This document shows positions 27,200 through 37,698 of a stretch of 58,360 bases of DNA, piece by piece (the first letter of the stretch is position 1; each line of letters begins with the position of its first letter). Position numbers and translations under genes: made by a program. The stretch lies in sequence record SRR22947725_830. The stretch is one strand, 5' to 3'. The notes beneath the pieces are model-generated. The model saw only the letters and a program-made list of their open reading frames with translations. It was not told the DNA's origin and did not search any database.

Positions 27200-27865
27200 A
27201 TGAGTTCTATAACAAGCAAAACCAGGCAATACCTTATTTTTTATACCATTTGTATTTTTGCTGCTATGCCATTCTATCAGGGTGGTCATCTTCTGGATTC
27301 AACTACAGATAACTATAATTTTTTTAGAAATTTTATAAGTGATTTAGGTAGAACAATTAGTCTTTCTGGTGAGAGAAATTTAACGTCATTTGTTATTTTC
27401 TCAACTGGTACTTTGGTCTTACTTGGATCGCTAGCCAGATTTCTTTTTTTAGGTATTTCTCAGTTTAAAACAAACTTTGGATTACTTACTTTTATCGCAA
27501 GAATTACAGCAATATATAGCTGCATTGGTGTTCTTGGTGTAGTTATTACACCTGTCAATGTTCCCGCTCTTTATGCTCTTCATCTTTTTTTTGCAATATC
27601 TATGACTTGTGCTATAGGAATCACACTTGGTTTATACTCATACTTTTTCTACAGAGAAAACTATATCGACTATAGTATTTTAATACTGATTTCTGCCCTG
27701 TCAGTTGTCAAATATCTTGCTTTTATTGAATATGGTCCATCAGCTAGAGAGTCTTTGATAGGTTTAACGTTACATGCTTCCTTTCAAAAGTATATAATTC
27801 TAATGATGGTAATAACCTTCTTCTATATGACAAAAGGTATTGATTTACTTAACGACGAAGTTTAA
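27200..27865 (+). CDS. Multi-pass membrane protein (DUF998-like), paralog 2
   Basis: YQGG...YNFFRNFISDLGRT, TP..VP.LY.LH.FFA, GP....S...LT.HA..QK shared with the upstream gene. Confidence 0.7.
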   Translation: MSSITSKTRQYLIFYTICIFAAMPFYQGGHLLDSTTDNYNFFRNFISDLGRTISLSGERNLTSFVIFSTGTLVLLGSLARFLFLGISQFKTNFGLLTFIARITAIYSCIGVLGVVITPVNVPALYALHLFFAISMTCAIGITLGLYSYFFYRENYIDYSILILISALSVVKYLAFIEYGPSARESLIGLTLHASFQKYIILMMVITFFYMTKGIDLLNDEV

Positions 27866-30286
27866 TAATCTATTTGGAACATATATAGTCTTAACAATAG
27901 ATCCTTCTGACGTATAGTTTTGTACTTTTTCAAGCTCTAATGCGACATTAACAGCTGTTTCTTCGTCTGAGTCGACATCTAGGCTTATATTACCTCTTAA
28001 CTTACCATTTACCTGCACTGCAATGTTCACTTCATCTGTTTGCGTTAAAACCTCATTGAATTCAGGCCAAGGTGTGTCAGAAATTGATTCATTATTACCT
28101 AATAACAACCAAAACTCCTCTGCGAGATGCGGTATGAATGGTGCAGATATTTTAACTAGGTCTGTAATTAATTCGGTTGAAATTTTGTCACATTTCTGTA
28201 AATGATTGCAATAAATCATCAACTGAGAGACAGCCGTATTGAAATGTAGGTTTTCAATATCATTTCCTACTTTTTTTATTGTAGTATGATGCAGGTGTAA
28301 TGTTTCTTTATCTGCGGTGTGATCTGCTCCTATCTTTTTGGACAAACCTCCCTCTTCTTCTACTATAATAAACCATAATTTGTTAACAAACCTATAACAC
28401 CCTTGCAATCCTTTTGTATTCCATGGTTTTGATTTGTTTAATGGGCCCATAAACATTTCATAAAGCCTCATGGAGTCAGCACCATACTCCTCTATAATAT
28501 CTTCAGGATTAATAACATTTCCCTTTGACTTGCTCATCTTAGATCCGTCATCACCAAGAATCATTCCTTGGTTATATAGTTTTTTAAATGGTTCTTTTGT
28601 CGACAAGAGACCTAAATCAAATAATACATGATGCCAGAATCGAGCATATAACAAATGTAGAACTGCATGCTCCTGCCCTCCAATATATAAATCAACAGGC
28701 ATCCAATAATCTTCATTCTTTTTTGACCAAGCTTCGGTATGATTAGATGGGTCTGTAAACCTTAGATAATACCAACAAGAACCTGCCCACTGAGGCATAG
28801 TATTTGTTTCTCTAAGTCCAATAATATTATTAGATGCATCTTTTACTTCAACCCAATTATCAATCGTTGAAAGCGGTGATTTTCCATCATCTGATGGCTT
28901 ATAATTCTCTACTTCAGGTAGTTTAATTGGTAGCTCTGCTTCACTGACAGTTGTGATACCATCTTCCGTATGAATAATAGGAAATGGTTCACCCCAGTAT
29001 CGTTGTCTTGAAAATAGCCAATCTCTAAGCTTATAGTTTACTGTGCCAGAACCCAATCCATTTTTTTCAATAAATTCTATCGCTTTTTCAATCCCTGCAT
29101 CTACACTAAGATCGTTGAGCGACAATGTATCTTCGTGTTCCGAGTTAACTAGTAAAGCACTACCCTTACCAGTGAAAGCTGATTTTGCTATATCTCCACC
29201 CTGAACAACTTGCTTTATAGGTAAATTGTATTTTGTTGCAAACTCCCAATCTCTATCGTCATGAGCAGGAACAGCCATAATTGCGCCAGTACCATAACTA
29301 ATTAAGACATAATCAGCTACCCATATTTCCATTTTTTCACCACTAAAAGGGTTTATTGCATAAGATCCGGTAAATATTCCTGTTTTATTTTTATTAACCT
29401 CTGTTCTGTCAAAATCTGATTTCTTTTGAGTTTCTTCAATATATTGCTCTAATTTTCCGGATTGCTCTTCAGTAACTATTTTTTTTGCTAATATATGCTC
29501 CGGTGCAAGAACCATGTATGTAGCACCGAAAAGAGTGTCAGGTCTTGTTGTATAAACTTCAATTTTTTCATTCGGATATCCATCAATAGAAAAGCTTACT
29601 TCTACCCCCTCTGACCTACCAATCCAATTCTTCTGGAGCTCTTTAATATTTTCAGGCCAATCTAAATCGTCAAGACCATCTAATAGAGACTCTGCATATT
29701 TTGTAATTTTCAAAATCCATTGCTTCATAGGAGTTCGAACAACCGGATGACCTCCTATTTCAGACTTTCCATCGACAACTTCTTCATTGGCAAGTACAGT
29801 ACGCAGCTCAGGACACCAGTTAACAGCTACTTCTTCTTCGTAGGCTAAGCCTTTATTATATAATTGTAGAAATATCCACTGCGTCCACTTATAATAGTTC
29901 GGATCTGTTGTATTTATTTCTTTTGACCAGTCATAAGAGAATCCTAGCTGATTAATTTGACGCTTAAAATTACTAATGTTTTCTGCTGTAGTGATTTTAG
30001 GGTGAGTACCTGTTTTTATAGCATATTGTTCTGCTGGTAATCCAAAAGCATCCCAACCCATAGGGTGAAGAACATTAAAACCTTTCATCCTCTTATATCG
30101 CGCAACAATATCTGTTGCTACATACCCAAGAGCATGTCCTACATGAAGACCTGAACCAGAAGGATAAGGAAACATATCGAGAACATAATATTTTGGCTTT
30201 TCACTATCTGTGCCAGTCTTAAATGTTTCATTTTCTGACCAATATTTCTGCCACTTAGGTTCAATAGCTTTGTGATTATAGGCCAA
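27845..30286 (-). CDS. leuS: Leucine-tRNA ligase
   Basis: MFPYPSGSGLHVGH, GWDAFGLPAE, TTRPDT, GTGAIMAVPAHD, SRQRYWG, KMSKS; TTG start. Confidence 0.99.
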   Translation of the reverse strand: MAYNHKAIEPKWQKYWSENETFKTGTDSEKPKYYVLDMFPYPSGSGLHVGHALGYVATDIVARYKRMKGFNVLHPMGWDAFGLPAEQYAIKTGTHPKITTAENISNFKRQINQLGFSYDWSKEINTTDPNYYKWTQWIFLQLYNKGLAYEEEVAVNWCPELRTVLANEEVVDGKSEIGGHPVVRTPMKQWILKITKYAESLLDGLDDLDWPENIKELQKNWIGRSEGVEVSFSIDGYPNEKIEVYTTRPDTLFGATYMVLAPEHILAKKIVTEEQSGKLEQYIEETQKKSDFDRTEVNKNKTGIFTGSYAINPFSGEKMEIWVADYVLISYGTGAIMAVPAHDDRDWEFATKYNLPIKQVVQGGDIAKSAFTGKGSALLVNSEHEDTLSLNDLSVDAGIEKAIEFIEKNGLGSGTVNYKLRDWLFSRQRYWGEPFPIIHTEDGITTVSEAELPIKLPEVENYKPSDDGKSPLSTIDNWVEVKDASNNIIGLRETNTMPQWAGSCWYYLRFTDPSNHTEAWSKKNEDYWMPVDLYIGGQEHAVLHLLYARFWHHVLFDLGLLSTKEPFKKLYNQGMILGDDGSKMSKSKGNVINPEDIIEEYGADSMRLYEMFMGPLNKSKPWNTKGLQGCYRFVNKLWFIIVEEEGGLSKKIGADHTADKETLHLHHTTIKKVGNDIENLHFNTAVSQLMIYCNHLQKCDKISTELITDLVKISAPFIPHLAEEFWLLLGNNESISDTPWPEFNEVLTQTDEVNIAVQVNGKLRGNISLDVDSDEETAVNVALELEKVQNYTSEGSIVKTIYVPNRLLNFVVK

Positions 30287-30289
30287 AGC

Positions 30290-30817
30290 TTAATAAAAGT
30301 TCTTAATTTGCTTCATCCAATCTAAGATAATTGCATTTACATCGATTGGCTGATCTGAACTTCCTCCATACCCCATACTCATAGAAGAGTTAGTAGAATT
30401 ACCAAAGGCATTGGTCATTGGTCCGTCAAAATCATCGTCTTGAAGTATGGAATTGGCCATAAACTTTGCAACAACTTTTGTAGTTTTCGGATTTCTAAAA
30501 ATAATATGTGAGGTTTTTGGATCTGCTGTTGATCCGTAATATGGATCAAAATTGAAATCTTCGAAGACAACTTCTACTGCTAATTGACCATCTGTATCCG
30601 GTGGAAGAATCTCAAAACCCATTTTTACTAATTCTGACTGAATAGATTGAATATGTTCTATCATGAAAGGATCTTGAATATGGTCGTTAATAAATTCTTC
30701 AATTTTATTAGTCTCACTCAGTTTTACCTTTTTTCTCCTAAACTGACCATTCAAATCAGTAGTAAATACAATTAATAGTAAAATTGATAATAAATAAACA
30801 CTCTTTTGCAATCTCAT
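30290..30817 (-). CDS. Hypothetical exported protein
   Basis: AGGAG RBS, signal peptide, 175-aa ORF co-oriented between msrA and leuS. Confidence 0.6.
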   Translation of the reverse strand: MRLQKSVYLLSILLLIVFTTDLNGQFRRKKVKLSETNKIEEFINDHIQDPFMIEHIQSIQSELVKMGFEILPPDTDGQLAVEVVFEDFNFDPYYGSTADPKTSHIIFRNPKTTKVVAKFMANSILQDDDFDGPMTNAFGNSTNSSMSMGYGGSSDQPIDVNAIILDWMKQIKNFY

Positions 30818-30832
30818 TTTATTCTCCTGGTT

Positions 30833-31369
30833 TTATATTGCGCAACCAACAATTCCTCTTTTTTTATAATAATCCTGATGATAATCTTCTGCGTCATAGA
30901 AGTCACTTAAAGGTGCTACCTCTGTAACAACTCTTGATCGAAACTTACCAGATTCATTTACCTGGCTAATTTTTACTTCAACTAATGTTTTTTCTTCTTC
31001 ATTCTTATAAAAAACTGCTGAACGATATTGAGACCCTATATCAGGACCTTGTCTATCCATAGTAGTTGGATCATGTAAGTCAAAAAAAGTATCTAATAAT
31101 TGCTCATAAGAAATTACGCTTTCGTCATAAACAACTTGAACCGCTTCCGCATGATCTGTTATACCTGTACATACTAGCTCATATGAAGGGTTTTTTACTT
31201 TACCCCCAGTATAACCCACGCTAGTAGATTTAACACCTTCTAACTGTTGAAATGTAGATTCTACACCCCAAAAGCATCCAGCTGCAAAAAACGCTTCTTT
31301 TTGATTTGTATTTTCTTCTGCCATAATAGTGCTAAAAAAACTAAGCAAAAATAAGCAAAGTTTATACAA
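30833..31369 (-). CDS. msrA: Peptide-methionine (S)-S-oxide reductase (start TTG 31369 with signal peptide, or ATG 31324)
   Basis: AAGCFWGVE, VGYTGG, HAEAV, HDPT, QYRSAVF, AEDYHQDY. Confidence 0.95.
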   Translation of the reverse strand: MYKLCLFLLSFFSTIMAEENTNQKEAFFAAGCFWGVESTFQQLEGVKSTSVGYTGGKVKNPSYELVCTGITDHAEAVQVVYDESVISYEQLLDTFFDLHDPTTMDRQGPDIGSQYRSAVFYKNEEEKTLVEVKISQVNESGKFRSRVVTEVAPLSDFYDAEDYHQDYYKKRGIVGCAI

Positions 31370-31373
31370 ACTT

Positions 31374-31517
31374 CTATTTACTGTGATCATAATACATCCA
31401 TGCTCCAATTAAACTCATAGGTATAGATATAATCCCACCAATAACAGGGACTAAAAAAGAAGCTAAAAATATTCCAATTCCTACAACAATAGAGTTTAAA
31501 AATCGTTTAATTCTCAT
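31374..31517 (-). CDS. 47-aa two-TM small membrane protein
   Basis: MRIKRFLNSIVVGIGIFLASFLVPVIGGIISIPMSLIGAWMYYDHSK fills the gap between terminator and msrA. Confidence 0.5.
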   Translation of the reverse strand: MRIKRFLNSIVVGIGIFLASFLVPVIGGIISIPMSLIGAWMYYDHSK

Positions 31518-31550
31518 ATAATAAGTTAACACTATTTTTATCATGTTAAT

Positions 31551-31590
31551 AAAAAAAAAGCCTCTCAATAATTATATATTAAAAGGCTTT
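31551..31590 (-). terminator. Intrinsic terminator
   Basis: Minus strand AAAGCCTTTTAATA-TATAAT-TATTGAGAGGCTTT (14-bp stem with two G-U pairs) followed by a T run. Confidence 0.8.
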
Positions 31591-31623
31591 CTAGTTGGCT
31601 ACCAAATTAAAGAATTATTTTTC

Positions 31624-32850
31624 CTATGAAGCAAGCTCGTAATTATCTGGTTTTAACAAGAATATGATTACTGCCAAGGCTATAATTGAGTGCGCTAAAA
31701 TTAAATACGTAAAACTAGTAAAAAATCCAAAATATAAGAATGCTAAAACACCGATAAGCCTTAACACTTCCACCTTACTAGCATATGTCTTTCCATCTAG
31801 CATAAAAGAGTTTGAGATTGCTAAAGTTATCACAAGCGCTGCAACAGATAACATCTCTGTGTAAGCAAACTTATTCATATTAAAGAGCATTATAACTGTT
31901 AATGCATTAATCATTGCAAACTGAAAAAATCCAAATATTTTTTGTCGATTACTAATTTGTGGGTCATACTTTTCAAAGCTATTTAAATCATTTTTTCTAA
32001 GGGGATATTTTACTTTTACATCTTCTGGTCTCCATCCAGGAGGAGAAAACCAAACATAAAACTTATCATTAAGATTTTTTGTTCGATAAGAATCTAAAAA
32101 CATTTGATAGAAAACTTCAATGTTTGCCCAAAAAGGATTAAACGACTTTAAAGGTTTTACAGTGCCATACACTGGTTTTAAATCTTTTCTTTCGTCAATA
32201 AATGTTCCAAAAATTCGATCCCATAGAATGAATACACCACCATAATTTGCATCTAAATAGTCATCATTTTGAGCATGATGAACTCTATGATTAGAGGGAG
32301 TAATCAATATATATTCAAGAAAACCTAACCTACCAACATGTTCTGTGTGAACCCAGAACTGATAAACTAGATTAACTCCAGCAACACTAACATATACTTC
32401 TGGAGGAACTCCGATAATAAACATTGGTAAAAAGAACACCCATTTCCATAAAAAACCACTACTTGTCTGTCTTAAAGCAGTTGCTAAATTAAAATCTTCT
32501 CCATGATGATGCACGACATGTGTTGCCCAAAAAACTTTTACTTCATGATGTATTCGGTGCATCCAATAATAACAAATATCATAAAGAATAAAAGCAAATA
32601 TCCAAACCCATACATCTTCTAAGTTTAATAGTTTTAAATTATAATATTCAGCAACGTATTTATAAACTACATACTGAAAACCCAATCCTAATAACGGAAC
32701 AAATCGACTGATCAGACCTAAAGACAAGCTCGTCAAAGCATCATTTAACCTATAATTGTTTTTACCCTTGATAACACCGTATGAAAATTCGATAAGGATT
32801 AATAATAAAAAGAATGGAATTGCGTAAGTAAGAATTATTGAGGAATCCAT
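31624..32850 (-). CDS. Sterol desaturase / alkylglycerol monooxygenase-like fatty-acid hydroxylase family protein
   Basis: His boxes YYWMHRIHH, WATHVVHH, QFWVHTE, PSNHRVHH; NYGG..ILWDRIFGT. Confidence 0.9.
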   Translation of the reverse strand: MDSSIILTYAIPFFLLLILIEFSYGVIKGKNNYRLNDALTSLSLGLISRFVPLLGLGFQYVVYKYVAEYYNLKLLNLEDVWVWIFAFILYDICYYWMHRIHHEVKVFWATHVVHHHGEDFNLATALRQTSSGFLWKWVFFLPMFIIGVPPEVYVSVAGVNLVYQFWVHTEHVGRLGFLEYILITPSNHRVHHAQNDDYLDANYGGVFILWDRIFGTFIDERKDLKPVYGTVKPLKSFNPFWANIEVFYQMFLDSYRTKNLNDKFYVWFSPPGWRPEDVKVKYPLRKNDLNSFEKYDPQISNRQKIFGFFQFAMINALTVIMLFNMNKFAYTEMLSVAALVITLAISNSFMLDGKTYASKVEVLRLIGVLAFLYFGFFTSFTYLILAHSIIALAVIIFLLKPDNYELAS

Positions 32851-32854
32851 ATAT

Positions 32855-33205
32855 CTAATGCCTATTTAGTTCATTCAATATACTTTTTAGTTCATTGCGA
32901 ATCTCTACAAGCACAGAAATATCTTTATTACTCATTTTAGGCGAATCAGATTTAGTAGTATGGCCACTTTTCAATTCCTCTATTGCGCCTTTAATAGTAA
33001 ATTTTTTGTCATAAAGTAATTTCTTAATCTCAAGTATCACATTAATGTCATTCTTTTTATAGGTTCTATTACCTGCTTTATTTTTGGATGGTTTTAAAGA
33101 TGGAAATTCTGACTCCCAATATCTTAAAACATAAGGTTTAAGGCTAGTCAGTTCACTTACTTCTTTAATACTATAATATAGCTTTGTTGTAGATTCAAGC
33201 ATCAC
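32855..33205 (-). CDS. MerR-family transcriptional regulator
   Basis: KLYYSIKEVS, VLRYWESEFP.LKP.K...NR.Y, FTIKGA. Confidence 0.9.
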   Translation of the reverse strand: MMLESTTKLYYSIKEVSELTSLKPYVLRYWESEFPSLKPSKNKAGNRTYKKNDINVILEIKKLLYDKKFTIKGAIEELKSGHTTKSDSPKMSNKDISVLVEIRNELKSILNELNRH

Positions 33206-33266
33206 TTTAGGTTATTATTTTTTTAAGAAAAAAACAAGCGATTAAAGTTGTTTTTAATGCTAGTAT

Positions 33267-34367
33267 TTAAAGAATATTAGTTGGACTAGAATATTTTAGA
33301 TCGTGAGCATCTGCAACTTCTTGATTAACAAGATGTCCTTGATGAGTATTTAATGCCATTAGTAGGTTTGTATTAGATTTTAGTCCTTCTACCCCATCAT
33401 TTGCTAATCTGGCTATAAATGGCCTTGTAGACTCATTTAATGCATTTGTAGCTGTAAATGGAACTGCTGATGGAATATTTCTAACACAGTAATGAATTAT
33501 ATCATCAACTTCATATGTAGGATCGCTGTGAGAAGTAACTTTTGAGGTTTCAAAACATCCCCCCTGATCTATCGCAACATCAGATAAGATACTTTTAGGC
33601 TGCATCAAGGAAAGCATTTCTCTACTTATTACAGTTGGGGGCTTAGCTCCGGGTGTTAATACAGCACCAATTACGATGTCTGCTATTGGTAATAGCCCTT
33701 CTATAAGCTCTTTTGAAGAGGTACCTATGTTAACTGCAGGATATTGCGTTTTGATACTTCTAAGCAATTCATTGTTGATATCTAAGATTGTTGTATTAGC
33801 TCCAAGACCAAGACTCATTTGCATAGCATTTACTCCAACAATACCAGCTCCGATAATTAACACATTTGCAGGATCGGAAAGCGAAGTACCTGATATTAGC
33901 TTTCCCTTACCACCTTTACTCTTTTTAAGTAATTCTATAGCATCTAGCAATGATAATCTTCCAGCAATTTCACTCATAGGTTTCAACATTGGAGTTTCAT
34001 TATTTATTACTACTGTCTCATACGCAAGCGATGTGACATTACACTCGAGAAGTTTTTTAGTTAAATCTTTTGAGGAACTAAGATGGAGATATGTAAATAG
34101 CATTTTATCTCTCATCATCTCTACTTCTTCATTCAAAGGCTCTTTAACTTTTACTATTAAGTCAGAATTTGTAAAAACTTCAGATGGGGTATCGACTATA
34201 GTACAACCAAGTTTTTCGTAGTCTTGATCTGTATAGCCGCTACCATCTCCAGCATTTTTTTGAATAAATAATTGGTGTGAACTTTCGATTAAAAGCTTTG
34301 CTGTCTCAGGATTAATCGATACACGATACTCCTGAGAAATAATCTCTTTAGGAACGCCAATTTTCAT
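33267..34367 (-). CDS. ald: Alanine dehydrogenase
   Basis: IGVPKEI..EYRV, KVKEP, FTYLHL, PMSEIAGR, GAGIVG, DVAIDQGGCFETS. Confidence 0.93.
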   Translation of the reverse strand: MKIGVPKEIISQEYRVSINPETAKLLIESSHQLFIQKNAGDGSGYTDQDYEKLGCTIVDTPSEVFTNSDLIVKVKEPLNEEVEMMRDKMLFTYLHLSSSKDLTKKLLECNVTSLAYETVVINNETPMLKPMSEIAGRLSLLDAIELLKKSKGGKGKLISGTSLSDPANVLIIGAGIVGVNAMQMSLGLGANTTILDINNELLRSIKTQYPAVNIGTSSKELIEGLLPIADIVIGAVLTPGAKPPTVISREMLSLMQPKSILSDVAIDQGGCFETSKVTSHSDPTYEVDDIIHYCVRNIPSAVPFTATNALNESTRPFIARLANDGVEGLKSNTNLLMALNTHQGHLVNQEVADAHDLKYSSPTNIL

Positions 34368-34402
34368 ATTGAACTTTATTATTTAAGGTTAAATATCTTT
34401 AA

Positions 34403-36478
34403 TTATTCAGGTTTATCCATTAGCAATTTCATGCTAAAGTTTAAACGACCCTGCTTATCAATTTCAAATAATTTGATTTTTACAGCATCTCCTACTGATA
34501 ATACATCACTCACTTTATTAACTCTTTCCCAAGCTAATTGTGATATATGTACTAAACCTTCACGTCCTGGAGCAAATTCTACAAAAGCACCGAATTCCAT
34601 TAGCTTTGTAACTTTACCATCAAAAACAGTACCGACTTTCGGATCTTCAGTAACTGCTTTAACTTGAGCTATAGCATTATCTAGTGCTGCTTTATCTGCC
34701 GCTGATACACTAACAGTTCCATCATCTTCAATATTGATAACACATTCAGCTCTTTCTTGAATAGCTTTAATGTTTTTTCCACCTGGACCAATAAGAGCTC
34801 CAATTTTTTCTTTATCAATTTTAAATGATTCAATCTGAGGTGCATATTGAGACAATGCATTTGGAGTACTTATTGCTTTATTCATCTCATCAAGAATATG
34901 CAATCTACCTTTATTTGCTTGCTCTAATGCCATAGATAAAATTTCCATTGGTAATCCAGGAACTTTTAAATCTAATTGAATAGCGCTAATTCCATCCTTA
35001 GTTCCAGCAACTTTGAAGTCCATGTCTCCATAAAAATCTTCAGTTCCCAAGATATCACTTAATACTGCATGATTTTCACCGTCGGTGATTAATCCCATTG
35101 CAATACCAGCAACATGCTCTTTAATAGGCACTCCAGCGTTCATCATAGCTAAAGAGCCACCACAAACTGATGCCATGGAAGAAGATCCATTTGATTCTGT
35201 AATTTCTGATACAACGCGAATTGTATAAGGAAACTCTTCAGATGAAGGTAGTATAGGTTTTAGCGATCTTTCAGCTAAATGGCCATGACCAATCTCTCTT
35301 CTATTTGTAAAACCAATTCTTCCAGTTTCTCCCACACAATAAGGAGGGAAATTGTAGTGTAGCATGAATGATTTCTTGTAATCACTTGCCATTGAATCGA
35401 TAATTTGTTCATCTCTAGCATTACCTAAAGTAAGCGCAGCAATTGCTTGCGTTTCACCTCGAGTAAATAATGCAGATCCATGAACGCGAGGTAATAATGA
35501 TGGAACAATACTAATTGGTCTAATATCATCTAATCCTCTACCATCAACTCTCACTTTTTTCTCTAAGGCAGTTTTTCTAACTGCATTTTTAAACATAGTT
35601 TTAACATACTCTTTAACTTCAGAATACATTTTTTCATCTTCTTCATGTGGGGTCGAAGCTTCTTTTACAATTTCGTTGTATGCAACATCCATTGCTTGTT
35701 TAGAATCCATATCAAGTAATTTTTCTATTTGATCTGCAAATGAATCTTCAAGAGATTTAATTACTTCGTCAGTTATTACTGTATTGTCAACAATCTCATA
35801 AGAATTATCAAAATGTTCTGAAAATTCCATTTGAAGATCTACAATATCATTAATACCATCCATTGCAATATCCAATGCTTCTAAAATTGTTTTTTCAGGA
35901 ACAAAGTTAGAACCACCTTCAATCATACAAATTTTATCTTTTTTACCGGTTACCATCAAATCTAAATCGGATGATTCCATTTGTTCTAGCGTAGGATTTA
36001 AAACATATTCTCCATCAACTAATCCAACTTTAACAGAAGCTATTGGACCGTCAAATGGTACTGGTGATAATAACAATGCCGCAGAAGCACCAATCGCTGC
36101 TACTACATCAGGTGTATTTACACCGTCATAAGACATTGTGGTTAACATAATCTGTAGTTCGTTTCTATAATTCTTAGGAATTAAAGGTCTAATTGGACGA
36201 TCCGTTAAACGTGAAGTCAAAACTTCAGCATCTGTTGGTTTCGCCTCTCTCTTAAAGAAACCTCCGGGTATTTTTCCACCCGCATAATGTTTTTCTCTAT
36301 ATTCAACCTGCATTGGAAGAAAGTTTATACCTTCTCTCGGTTCAGATGAACAACAAACTGCTGCAAGCATTGCAGTATCTCCATACGAAATAAATACGGA
36401 TCCACCCGCTTGTCTTGCTATTTGGCCTGATTCAATTTTTAATAGTCGGCCTGCTATATTCTTTTCTACTTTTATCAT
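34403..36478 (-). CDS. pnp: Polyribonucleotide nucleotidyltransferase
   Basis: KIPGGFFKRE, RLTDRPIRP, FTRGETQ, RREIGHG, SNGSSSMAS, GDMDFKVAG; KH and S1 domains. Confidence 0.99.
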   Translation of the reverse strand: MIKVEKNIAGRLLKIESGQIARQAGGSVFISYGDTAMLAAVCCSSEPREGINFLPMQVEYREKHYAGGKIPGGFFKREAKPTDAEVLTSRLTDRPIRPLIPKNYRNELQIMLTTMSYDGVNTPDVVAAIGASAALLLSPVPFDGPIASVKVGLVDGEYVLNPTLEQMESSDLDLMVTGKKDKICMIEGGSNFVPEKTILEALDIAMDGINDIVDLQMEFSEHFDNSYEIVDNTVITDEVIKSLEDSFADQIEKLLDMDSKQAMDVAYNEIVKEASTPHEEDEKMYSEVKEYVKTMFKNAVRKTALEKKVRVDGRGLDDIRPISIVPSLLPRVHGSALFTRGETQAIAALTLGNARDEQIIDSMASDYKKSFMLHYNFPPYCVGETGRIGFTNRREIGHGHLAERSLKPILPSSEEFPYTIRVVSEITESNGSSSMASVCGGSLAMMNAGVPIKEHVAGIAMGLITDGENHAVLSDILGTEDFYGDMDFKVAGTKDGISAIQLDLKVPGLPMEILSMALEQANKGRLHILDEMNKAISTPNALSQYAPQIESFKIDKEKIGALIGPGGKNIKAIQERAECVINIEDDGTVSVSAADKAALDNAIAQVKAVTEDPKVGTVFDGKVTKLMEFGAFVEFAPGREGLVHISQLAWERVNKVSDVLSVGDAVKIKLFEIDKQGRLNFSMKLLMDKPE

Positions 36479-36488
36479 ATTTTCTTCT

Positions 36489-36758
36489 TTATAATCCTCT
36501 TATTGATAGCTTCGTGATTAATGTATCATAGCTATCTAGTTTAGTTTTTCTTAAATACTTCAATTGTTTTCTTCTTTGTGATACGAGCTTAACTAAACCA
36601 TGTCTTGAATGAACATCTTTCTTATGTAACTTTACATGTTCAGTCAATGATCTAATACGATCTGTAAGAAGTGCAATTTGCGCTTCACTACTACCAACGT
36701 TACTAGCATCAAGACCTGCGTCTTGGATAATCTTACTTGTTTCTTTACTATACTTCAT
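36489..36758 (-). CDS. rpsO: 30S ribosomal protein S15
   Basis: GSSEAQIALLT, HKKDVHSRHGL..LV.QRR. Confidence 0.97.
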   Translation of the reverse strand: MKYSKETSKIIQDAGLDASNVGSSEAQIALLTDRIRSLTEHVKLHKKDVHSRHGLVKLVSQRRKQLKYLRKTKLDSYDTLITKLSIRGL

Positions 36759-37698
36759 ATTTCTCCTTAAAAGAATCTATCAATTTAATACATACTTCCT
36801 TATCGTCTTCAATCTGCTTGATTAAGTAATCTCTACTTTCAAACTTTTTTTCATTTCGAATCTTGTGTAAAAATTCGATATAAAAACTTTCATCGTATAA
36901 GTCGCTGAATTTATCAGATAAAATGTGAACTTCCATAACAAATTTTTTTTCATTAAATGTTGGTCTATATCCAATATTTGTCATTCCAAAGTAGTATTCT
37001 CCGTCTATAAACACTCTTGAAAGGTACACTCCACCTTCGGGAATCATCTGATATTTACTTAGGGGAATAAAATTTGCAGTAGGATAATTCATGGATTTTC
37101 CCCTATTTGATCCATGCACAGTTACTACATTAAAGCCATAAAATCTTCCTAATAATGATGGAACTTGATCTAATAGTCCATCATAAATCAATCCTCTAGT
37201 TAGTGTACTTGAAATTGGTTTTCCATTTAACATTCTTATTTCAGGAGTGTGTAGTTCAATTTCATTTTTGTGGCAAAAATCAGTTAAAAATGCTAAATCT
37301 CCCTTTTTATTAAAACCAAAGTAATGATTCTCTCCAACAGAAATTAACTTAGGGTTAAACAACTTCTTAATTACATTGTCTGAAAAATCTTCTGCAGACA
37401 TTCGGGAAAAATTTAAAGTAAAAGGAATAACTAAAACTTTATCAAGACCCATCTCTTCAATCACTGCAAGCTTTGAATCGATATCTTGTAAATTCATTGG
37501 CTTACTACTTTTCGACAAAATATATGCTGGGTTTGGATCAAATGTTATCAAACAAGAAGGAATATTCTCATTTTTACCTACTGATATAATGTGCTTCAAT
37601 ACGTCTTGATGGCCTAGATGAATACCATCATAATTACCTACAGTTACTACAGAAGAGTCCAATGTCTTCATATCATCAATTGATCTTATAATTTCCAT
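36748..37698 (-). CDS. ribF: Bifunctional riboflavin kinase/FAD synthetase
   Basis: GNYDGIHLGH, ISST, YPTAN, NIGYRPTF, EVH, IRNEKKF. Confidence 0.97.
   Translation of the reverse strand: MEIIRSIDDMKTLDSSVVTVGNYDGIHLGHQDVLKHIISVGKNENIPSCLITFDPNPAYILSKSSKPMNLQDIDSKLAVIEEMGLDKVLVIPFTLNFSRMSAEDFSDNVIKKLFNPKLISVGENHYFGFNKKGDLAFLTDFCHKNEIELHTPEIRMLNGKPISSTLTRGLIYDGLLDQVPSLLGRFYGFNVVTVHGSNRGKSMNYPTANFIPLSKYQMIPEGGVYLSRVFIDGEYYFGMTNIGYRPTFNEKKFVMEVHILSDKFSDLYDESFYIEFLHKIRNEKKFESRDYLIKQIEDDKEVCIKLIDSFKEKYEV

Noticed and set aside
33676-34221. 181-aa plus-strand ORF inside ald, and similar short antisense or alternative-frame ORFs within DUF5916, thrS, pheS, folD, DUF885, leuS, pnp, infB, the TonB receptor and the sulfatase
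   Set aside because: Nested in or largely overlapping well-supported genes, with no motifs or RBS; typical shadow ORFs.
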